A stretch of 64,000 bases of DNA. Origin: an uncultured delta proteobacterium (GTDB lineage: Bacteria > Myxococcota > Myxococcia > Myxococcales > Anaeromyxobacteraceae). How positions within the stretch are numbered: position 1 is the stretch's first letter; each line of letters begins with the position of its first letter. Below are positions 46,172 through 53,971 of this stretch, piece by piece. The translations under genes were made by a program, and so were the position numbers. Location: contig CAWFDF010000014.1 of NCBI GenBank assembly GCA_963814585.1, positions 1 through 64,000 of the forward strand, in the 5' to 3' direction. The notes under the pieces were generated by a model. It did no database searches. It worked only from the letters and a program-made list of their open reading frames with translations, and was not told where the DNA came from.

Positions 46172-49097
46172 CGACGCAGGAGTCCAGGGACCCGGGCTCG
46201 CTCTCCCGCCTCCTCGAGGAGCTGGCGGAGGTCCCCCGCCCCGACGTTCCCGCCGCCTACGCGGCCGGGCTCCGGCCTGGCACCCGGGTCGGCCGCTTCA
46301 TCATCGAGCGCGAGATCGGACGGGGGGCTTCGGCGTGGTCTACGCGGCCCTGGACCCGGAGCTGGGGCGCACCGTGGCGCTGAAGCTGCTCAAGCCCGGC
46401 AGCAGCCCGGCGCGCAAGGGCGGCGAGTGGCTGCGTCGGGAGGCCGAGGCGGTGGCGCGGCTGGGACACGCCAACATCGTCACGCTGCATGACTTCGGCC
46501 GCACGCCCGGCGGCGCCTACCTGGTCTTCGAGCTGCTGCGGGGCGAGACCCTGTCGGCCCGCCTGGGCCGTGGGCCGCTGCCCGTCGAGGAGCTGGTCCA
46601 CGTCGGCCTCTCGGTGGCCAGGGCCCTGGCCCACGCCCACGCCGAGAGCGTCCTTCACCGTGACCTCAAGCCGGCCAACATCTTCCTGTGCTCGAACGGC
46701 ACGGTGAAGGTGCTCGACTTCGGCATCGCCCACCTCTTCGAGAAGGACGGGCCCTCGACGGGCGGGACGCCGGCCTACATGGCGCCGGAGCAGTGGTGGG
46801 AGGAGACGGGAGACGCCCGCAGCGACCTGTTCGCCCTCGGCGTCCTGCTCCACGAGATGCTCACGGGCGCCCTCCCGTTCGGGAAGAGCGGCGTCGGCAA
46901 GTCAGCGCCGAAGCTCGCCGCCACCGTGCCCAGGGATCGGGCCCCCGCCAGGCTCCGGAAGCTCATCGAGGCGCTGACCCAGCTCGACCCGGAGGCGCGT
47001 CCGGCCTCCACCCACCTGGTGGTGCAGGAACTGGAGGCGATCTCGTCGGCGCTGCGGGAGCGACGGCGTCCCTGGCTGCTCGCCGGACTCGCCCTCGCGG
47101 TGCTGGCGGTGGGCGCCATCGGAGTCGTGGCGGGGCTCCGGCGGGAGCCCCCGGCCGGCGAGATGATCACGGCCGCCATCGCCGACGCCGAGAACGCCAC
47201 CGGCGATCCCGATCTCGACCGCCTCGCCGATCTGGTGGCCGTCGCCCTCGGCGAGTCGCGCCGGGTCCGGGTGATCTCGAGGGATCGGCTCCTGGCCGCC
47301 GGCCGCGGCACCAGCGCCGGCGCCGCCCCTCGCGTCGACGTCCGCACCGGCCGGCTCCTCTCCGAGCTGGCCGGGGCGCACGTGCTGCTGGTCCCGGTGG
47401 CGCGTCGGGACGGCGACGCCTTCTCGCTGCAGCTGCGCGGCGAGGCGCCGGATGGTGGGCCCACGCTCTTCACCGCCAGCGCCCGCGCCGGCGGGAAGGA
47501 GGCCATCCCGGCCGCGCTCGATCAGCTCGTCGCCACGGCTCGCCGGGAGCTCCGGGAGCGGACCGACGACCTCAGGCGATCCCCGGCCCAGCTCGCCGCC
47601 ATGACCACCTCCAGCTTGCCGGCCTTCCGGGAGTACGTGGAAGGGGTCGACTGCATGAGCCACCCGGCTCAGGCCGCGGGCCACCTCGGACAGCAGCGCT
47701 GCAAGGACTTCTTCTTGAAGGCCCTGGGTCACGACCCGTCCTTCGCGCTGGCCCACTACCAGCTGGCCTACTTGCTCTCCTCCGGCGGCGCGACGGAGCC
47801 CGAGCTGCGAGCCCACCTGGACGGGGCGCTGCGCTCGCTGCAGCGGCTCTCCCGGCGCGACGCGGCCGTGGTCCGGGCCTGGAAGGCACACCTCGACGGC
47901 CGGGACGACGAGGCGCTGGCCGCGTACGGCGAGGTCCTCTCCGAGCACGCCGACGACCGGCACGTCCTGTTCCTGGCCGGCGATCTCCTCTTCCACCGGA
48001 AGGACTGGGCCGGCGCCACCCCGTACTTCCAGGCGCTGCGCGGGCTCGACCCCGACGCCGAGTGGCCGCTCGACCACCTGGCCACCTGCCTCGCCGTCAC
48101 CGGCCGCACCACGGAGCTTCGCGAGCTGGCGGTGCGCCTGAGCGCTCCGGACGCCACGCCGGGTGGCCGCCGGCTGGCCATCCGGGCGCTGGTCTGGCTC
48201 GGCGATCCGTCCGCCGCCGTGGACCTGGCGCGGCGCCACGTCGACGGCGGGGCCACGGCGGGGGCGCGCCACGACCTGGTCGCCGCCCTCTTCGCCGCGG
48301 GCGACTTCGACGAGGCCGAGCGGGTCACCCGCCAGCTCATCGCCGCCAGCCCGCGCGACCCGGCCAACCGATTGCGGCTCCTCACCATCTACGGCGCCCA
48401 GGGGCGCTTCGCCGAGGCCTGGCTGACGCTTCGGAGCCTGCAGCGGGAGGTCGACGGGCTGCTCCCGGGCGAGCTGGCCCACCTGCGCGCCCTGCTGGCC
48501 GCCGGGGACGGCGAGGTCGAGGTACTCCGGGACGCGGCCATCGCCGCCGTGAAGCTCCAGCCCGATGCGGCGGGCGCTCCGCTGGTCCTGCTGACGCTGC
48601 TGGGAGATCCCGGCCAGGCGCGATCGCTGGCCACCTCGCTCGAGCAGGGCTCGACCGCGGCCCGGGAGGTAGTCGCGCTCGAGGCCTGGCGCCGTGGCGA
48701 GCGCGCCGCGGCGGCGGCCGCGATCGCCCTCCTGGAGCAGCGGGACCCGTGGGCGATGGAGGCGATCTCGCCGGCCTTCCTGCTGGCCGAGGTGACCGCC
48801 GACGGAGGCGAGCCCTCCGAGGTGGTGTCGGCCGTGGCGCGGTTCCACCGGATCTGGCCCGGGGGTCTCTGGCACGGCTGGGCCTGGTCCCGCTCGCTGC
48901 TGCTGGCGGCCCGGGCCGAGGAGCAGCTGGGCCGGGACGTCGAGGCGCGGGCCGCCGCCGATCGCCTGCTCTCCGTCCTGCGGCACGCCGATCCTGGCCT
49001 CCCGCTCCTGGCCGAGGCGCGCGCCCTGCGAAACCGGCTGCGCCGCCGGGAGTCGGGGAACACCACCGTCGCTCCTCCGACGCCGGCGAGGCCGTAG
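46168..49097 (+). CDS. Membrane Hanks-type Ser/Thr kinase with TPR region (frameshift ~46325)
   Basis: IGRG.FGVVY, VALK, HRDLKPAN, DFG, YMAPE; TM segment; GTG overlaps the sigma stop. Confidence 0.9.
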
Positions 49098-49141
49098 TCC
49101 CCCTGATCGGCGCGGCTCCCGGCGCCCACCGCCGTGCCACG

Positions 49142-49167
49142 GGTCACACTCGAGGGGGTGGTTCGTC
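49142..49167 (+). promoter_or_regulatory. ECF-like promoter motif, copy 1
   Basis: GGTCACA-N15-CGTC, repeated at 50927-50952. Confidence 0.55.
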
Positions 49168-49236
49168 CACCTCGCAGCCGGGAGATTCTGACCTCCGGCG
49201 TCAGCCCCTCGAACCGTTCCTGCAAAGGACCACGCC

Positions 49237-49428
49237 ATGGCCACTCGAGACACCCTCCGAATCGCCGACCTCTTCGCCTGGGGGGCCCTGTCGGCCCCGG
49301 GCTGCATCTACCCCGCCACGCAGGAGGCCCCGCACGCCACCCCGGGCAGGTCCGAGCAGGACGACCTCGGCGGCCTCCTCCCCTGGGGCTGCGAGCAGCA
49401 GGAGCAGGAACGGCAGGACCAGGCCTGA
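49237..49428 (+). CDS. 63-aa small protein, putative RiPP (graspetide) precursor
   Basis: AAAGGA RBS, high GC3, directly upstream of the ATP-grasp gene; Thr/Ser and Asp/Glu rich. Confidence 0.6.
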   Translation: MATRDTLRIADLFAWGALSAPGCIYPATQEAPHATPGRSEQDDLGGLLPWGCEQQEQERQDQA

Positions 49429-49501
49429 GCATGGCGACGGCCTCCTCATGGCGGTCTGCGCCGGCCCTGGCCGGACGGCCTCCCAGCGGAGGAGCCCCGC
49501 C

Positions 49502-50515
49502 GTGATCCTCGTCGTCAGCCATCCCGACGACGCCCACGCGGCCCCGGTCATGGGGGCAGTGACGCGAATGGGCATGCGCTGCGTCATGCTCGACCTCGCC
49601 GAGGTGCCACGGCGGGTGCAGCTGGGCTTCTCGGCCGGTCGCGGGGCGACGGGCGCCAGCTTCACGGGGCTGGACGGGGCCCGGATCGACGCCACCCGGT
49701 TCGACGCCGTCTGGTGGCGCCGCCCGCGCCCCTACGTCGTGGACGAGGCCCTCTCGACGTCCTTCGCCGCCTACGCGACCGCGCAGGTCCACACGGCGCT
49801 GTCCGGAATCTGGGGCTCGCTCCGCGCCGCCTGGATGAACGATCCCTGGCTGGACGAGCGGGCCGGGCACAAGCCGGCGCAGCTGGCGGCCGCCGAGGCC
49901 GCCGGGCTGGAGGTGCCGCCCACGCTCGTCAGCTGCGTCCCGGCCGACGCTCGCGCCTTCCTGCAGGAGCAGGGCGAGCAGCGGGTGATCCAGAAGCCGC
50001 TGCGGCCAGATGAGGTGAGCTGGCGGCCCACCCGCTTCGTGACCGAGCGCGACCTGGACCGGCTCGACGACCTGCGGCTCGCCCCCGCCATCCTCCAGGC
50101 CTACGTCCCCGGCACCGACATCCGCGTCACCGCCGCCGGGCACCGGCTCCTCGCGACGGCCATCGACGCCCGGCACACCAGCTCACCGCAGGACTTCCGT
50201 CCCGCCTACGCGCAGGCGCGGGTGTCTCCTTGCGAGTTGCCGGGCGGCGTCGCCGCCGGCGTCCGCGCGCTGCTCCAGGCCCTCGGCCTGCGCTACGCGG
50301 CCCTCGACTTCCGCAGGACCGACGAGGGGCGGTACTACTTCCTGGAGTCCAACCCGGCAGGCCAGTGGCTCTTCCTCGAGGACCGGACCGGCCAGCCCAT
50401 CACGGCCGCGGTCGCCGAGGCGCTGGTCGAGGCGGCGCACGAGGCGCGGAGCGGCGTGGCGGCCAGGCGTCCCGCCTGCCGCGCGGTGGCCGATGTGCGG
50501 AGGCACGCCCGATGA
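49502..50515 (+). CDS. ATP-grasp ligase, MvdC/MvdD (graspetide synthetase)/RimK-like
   Basis: GGAGGAG RBS + GTG; ILVVSHPDDAH, VWWRRP, WMNDP, HKPAQL, LQAYVP.TDIRVT, DFR, FLESNPAGQWLFLE. Confidence 0.88.
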   Translation: MILVVSHPDDAHAAPVMGAVTRMGMRCVMLDLAEVPRRVQLGFSAGRGATGASFTGLDGARIDATRFDAVWWRRPRPYVVDEALSTSFAAYATAQVHTALSGIWGSLRAAWMNDPWLDERAGHKPAQLAAAEAAGLEVPPTLVSCVPADARAFLQEQGEQRVIQKPLRPDEVSWRPTRFVTERDLDRLDDLRLAPAILQAYVPGTDIRVTAAGHRLLATAIDARHTSSPQDFRPAYAQARVSPCELPGGVAAGVRALLQALGLRYAALDFRRTDEGRYYFLESNPAGQWLFLEDRTGQPITAAVAEALVEAAHEARSGVAARRPACRAVADVRRHAR

Positions 50516-50844
50516 CGGCGACGCACGCAGCGGAGCCGAGGCGACCTCTCGGCCTGGCGGCGGCCCTGGCCGAGGACGGCGCCGTGATCGTGCTGGTCAT
50601 GGGCTCGGGGCCGGACTCGGACGAGGCCGAGGAGCGCTGCCACCGGCTGGCGCTCGACCCCGGCTTCGAGGCGGTCCGGGTGGTCCGGATTCGCGACCAG
50701 GCCGAGCTGACCGGCCCGCAGCGGGCCTACTGGCTGGCCGGTGATCGTCCCCTGGCGGTCCTCGGGCCGAGGGGACGGGTGGCTCTGCCGCTGGAGCGCC
50801 CCGACGCGGTCGATCTCTTCGTCGCGGTGGCCGCCGTGGCCTGA
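50512..50844 (+). CDS. Hypothetical 110-aa protein
   Basis: ATGA overlap with the ATP-grasp stop; coding-like GC3; alternating beta/alpha pattern. Confidence 0.65.
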   Translation: MTATHAAEPRRPLGLAAALAEDGAVIVLVMGSGPDSDEAEERCHRLALDPGFEAVRVVRIRDQAELTGPQRAYWLAGDRPLAVLGPRGRVALPLERPDAVDLFVAVAAVA

Positions 50845-50926
50845 GAATCAACGTACCGCAAGGACGGCGCTTTCCCCCTTGGGATCGCACCCGGCTGCCC
50901 TGATCGGCGGGGCGCTGCGCCGTCCC

Positions 50927-50952
50927 GGTCACATCCCGTCACGCCATTCGTC
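50927..50952 (+). promoter_or_regulatory. ECF-like promoter motif, copy 2
   Basis: GGTCACA-N15-CGTC upstream of the receiver gene. Confidence 0.55.
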
Positions 50953-51036
50953 TGCCTCGGCGACACGGTCTCCACCTGGATTCCGTGAAGGTCGTGTCGT
51001 CTTGCCACCCGGCGCCACCGGCGCCAGAGAGACCGC

Positions 51037-51450
51037 GTGAAGACCATCCTGCTGGTGAACGAGAGCAAGGTGACCCTGGAGCTGATCAAGGTCTACCTCG
51101 TCGGCAAGGACGTGCGGGTGCTGGAGGCCCTCGACGGGATGGAGGCGCTGTCCCTGACCCGCCTGGAGCGGCCAGACCTGATCCTCTGTGACCTGAGGCT
51201 CCCCCGACTCGACGGCCCGGGGCTCTGCCGCGAGCTGAGGGAGGACCCGTCGCTCCGGAGCACGCCGGTCGTCATCCTCTCCAGCGAGAGCGACCAGGAG
51301 ACGCGGCGCACCTGCCGCGAGGCGGGAGCGCGCGGCATCCTCCAGAAGCCCATCGGTCCCCACGAGCTCCACGAGGCCGTCCTGCGCCACGCCGGCATCG
51401 AGGTCGGCCTGACCTACCCCAGGCCGCCCAACCTCGACCGCGCTGGCTGA
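51037..51450 (+). CDS. Single-domain response regulator receiver
   Basis: ILLVNE, EALDGMEAL, PDLILCDLRLPRLDG, PVVILS, ILQKP. Confidence 0.9.
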   Translation: MKTILLVNESKVTLELIKVYLVGKDVRVLEALDGMEALSLTRLERPDLILCDLRLPRLDGPGLCRELREDPSLRSTPVVILSSESDQETRRTCREAGARGILQKPIGPHELHEAVLRHAGIEVGLTYPRPPNLDRAG

Positions 51451-51555
51451 GCTGGCGACCGTCGGCGTCGAGGGCTCAGGGCGCTTCCCCTGCACAGGGG
51501 GCGACGCCGCAGCCACCGGCCGAGCCGGTCCACCCGACGATCGCTCACCTGCTAT

Positions 51556-51629
51556 TGGTCCCGGCGGGACTCGAACCCACGGCCTACTGTTTAGGAAACA
51601 GTTGCTCTATCCAGCTGAGCTACGGAACC
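51556..51629 (-). tRNA. tRNA-Arg(CCT), CCA not encoded
   Basis: GGTTCCG/CGGGACC acceptor stem, TAGCTCAGCTGGATAGAGC D-arm, ACTGT-TTCCTAA-ACAGT anticodon arm, GGTTCGAGTCC T-arm. Confidence 0.96.
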
Positions 51630-51714
51630 GGTACGGCCGCCCGCGCCTGCGGGACGGCGGCGGTATACCACCGACATCCAACCACCTCGAAACCTTAGTT
51701 TCGGGTGCTCCCGG

Positions 51715-51745
51715 TTGACAACTTGCCGCAGCGTTCCGTTAGCAT
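51715..51745 (+). promoter_or_regulatory. Possible sigma70 promoter of the Roadblock operon
   Basis: Perfect TTGACA, with TAGCAT at a long (19-nt) spacing. Confidence 0.3.
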
Positions 51746-51857
51746 CATCCTGTCCACCTCAGCGCCCGATTCCGCCGTTCACCCTCTTCGCTGCCGGCCC
51801 GGGGTCTCCGATGCAACAACCCACCGCGGAGTGCCCCGGCCTCGGGGGAGGTCGCCG

Positions 51858-53963
51858 ATGAGCCTCCCTCCCATGCTGGGCGAGCTCCACGAGGTTCGCG
51901 GCGCCCTCACGGCAGACCGGCGTGGCCAGGTCCACGCCACCGTCAAGGAATTCCCCGGAGCCGCCGACGAGGCCGCCGCGGTGGCGGTCGCCGTCACCGA
52001 GCTGAGCGCGGCCGGTGCGTCGCTCGGGCTCGACGCGCTGCGAGGACTCGAGGTCAAGGGCCCGAGCCGGACCACGCTCACGGCGGTCCGCGCTGACCTG
52101 TTCCTGCTCGCCGACCTGGATCCGGTCAAGCGGCCCGGCCACGCCCAGGAGACGCTGGAGGCCTGGCAGCGTGGTGAGGTCCTGCCGGCCCCGGGCCCGG
52201 TGCCTGGCCCGTCCGGTCTCACCGGCGTGCTGCCGGCCGCCGAGCCGCCTCCCTTGCCGCCACGCCCCAGCCCCGCCCCGACCGCCTCCGCCACCCGGCT
52301 CATGGCGCTCGATGACCCGTGGGGATCCCTTCGCCGCGCGCTGGTTCGCGGTCACCTCACGCGCGCTGCCGCCTTCCAGCAGGCCATCGTCGACGGCGGG
52401 GCCGGCCCGTCGCCGGCGCCCGGCAGCGAGGCGCTCCCCGCCAAGGCCCTTCAGGAGGCCATGCAGCGCCTGCTCGAGGGCATCGGCAGCATCATGGCCG
52501 GGGACCCCATGGGCGGCGCCCGCTCCCTGTCCGAGCTGGCCAGGGAGACCCAGCCCAACCTCTCCATCCGCTGGCTGGCCCACTACTGGTCGGCCCGGGC
52601 CGCCCTCCAGGGGGGCGGCGCCGAGACCGCCCGGGACCACGTCCGCGAGACCCTGGGCCTCTCGCGCCAGCTCGACGTCGAGGCCCGCGGGGTCAGCCAG
52701 CTGCTGGCGGCCGAGCTGCTGGCTCGCGGCGGCGACCTGACCAAGGCCCTGAGCTGGCTGGCGGAGGCCCGCGGCCGCTTCGAACGGGTGGCCGACCGCT
52801 GGGGGCTCGGCCAGTCCTGGCTGGCCGAGGCGCGCATCCTGGTCGGCCGCGACGAGGCGGCCTGCGTGGCGGCGGCCCAGCGCGCCCGCGACGCCGATCC
52901 GGCATGGGACGAGCCGCAGGTCTTCCTCGCCAGCCGGGCCCTGATGGCCGGGGAACCGGGCAGCGCCAGGGCCGCGCTCGGCGACCTCCGCTCGCCGGCC
53001 GCCGATCGCCTTCGCACGGTGCTGGAGGCGGTGGCGCAGCGGCAGATCTCGCTCCCCGACGCCGGCGAGTTCCTCCGCGTCCACCACGCGCCGCCGTCCG
53101 GCCAGAACCTCCGCTCGCTGGAGCGGATCGCCAACGCCTCCCCGCGCTTCCTCCAGGCGCGCGAGGCCCTGGCCTGGCTGCTGGTCAAGCTGGGCCGCTA
53201 CGCCGCCGCGCGCGAGGTCTTCGTGTGGCTGCTCGAGCAGCCGCTCGAACCCGCCGACCAGGCCATGGTGACGCTCGGGCTGAGCTGCACGGCCACCGCG
53301 CTCCAGGCCGCCGGCACCGCGTCGCCGCCCGGCGCCGCCGCTGGTCCCGGCAAGGGCACCGTCACGGGCCGCCCGCCCGGCACGCCACCAGCCCTGGGCG
53401 ACTCGGCCCTGCTGCCCCAGGGGACCCGCGCCACCGTCTCCGGCCTCGACGCCATGTTCTCGGGGAGGCTCAGCGTCTTCTCGCCCGCCGACCTCGTCGA
53501 GTTCCTCCGCACCGCCGGACGCAGCGGGCTGCTGGTGTGCAGCTCCCAGGGCGGCGTGGGAGCGTTCCGCTTCCGCCAGGGCAGGATCACCGGGGCCGCC
53601 GCACCGTCGACGCCGAGCGTCGGCGAGCTGCTGGTCCGGAGCGGACGGCTCACCGCCCAGGGCCTGGCCTCGGCCGGTCCTGCCCGCGAAGGCTCGCTGA
53701 TCGACGCCGAGCTGGTCTTCCGGCTGGTCCAGCTCCGGCTGGTCGAGGCCGCCGCCGTGCGCGAGGCCAGCCGCCAGCAGATCGAGCAGGCGCTGCGCGA
53801 GCTGATCGACTGGACCGACGGCGAGTTCGCCTTCACGCGGGAAGACGATGAGCCGCAGGCCGGCGAGGCCACCATCGAGCTGGATGCGCAGCAGCTCCTG
53901 CTCGAGATCTTCCGCGAGCGGGACGAGTCCACCCGTGGTCCCGTCCCCAGCTCCCGAACCTGA
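51858..53963 (+). CDS. Roadblock/LC7-like + TPR + DUF4388 (PATAN-like) multidomain protein
   Basis: N-terminus resembles the 55873 protein (AGASLGLDALRGLEVKG); TPR helices; FSGRLSVFSPADLVEFL...RSGLL...FRQGRI...W.DGEFAF. Confidence 0.8.
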   Translation: MSLPPMLGELHEVRGALTADRRGQVHATVKEFPGAADEAAAVAVAVTELSAAGASLGLDALRGLEVKGPSRTTLTAVRADLFLLADLDPVKRPGHAQETLEAWQRGEVLPAPGPVPGPSGLTGVLPAAEPPPLPPRPSPAPTASATRLMALDDPWGSLRRALVRGHLTRAAAFQQAIVDGGAGPSPAPGSEALPAKALQEAMQRLLEGIGSIMAGDPMGGARSLSELARETQPNLSIRWLAHYWSARAALQGGGAETARDHVRETLGLSRQLDVEARGVSQLLAAELLARGGDLTKALSWLAEARGRFERVADRWGLGQSWLAEARILVGRDEAACVAAAQRARDADPAWDEPQVFLASRALMAGEPGSARAALGDLRSPAADRLRTVLEAVAQRQISLPDAGEFLRVHHAPPSGQNLRSLERIANASPRFLQAREALAWLLVKLGRYAAAREVFVWLLEQPLEPADQAMVTLGLSCTATALQAAGTASPPGAAAGPGKGTVTGRPPGTPPALGDSALLPQGTRATVSGLDAMFSGRLSVFSPADLVEFLRTAGRSGLLVCSSQGGVGAFRFRQGRITGAAAPSTPSVGELLVRSGRLTAQGLASAGPAREGSLIDAELVFRLVQLRLVEAAAVREASRQQIEQALRELIDWTDGEFAFTREDDEPQAGEATIELDAQQLLLEIFRERDESTRGPVPSSRT

Positions 53964-53971
53964 CCGCGACC

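Noticed and set aside
45443..51629. tRNA-integrated mobile island
   Set aside because: No integrase, no duplicated tRNA 3' end and no evident GC shift found.
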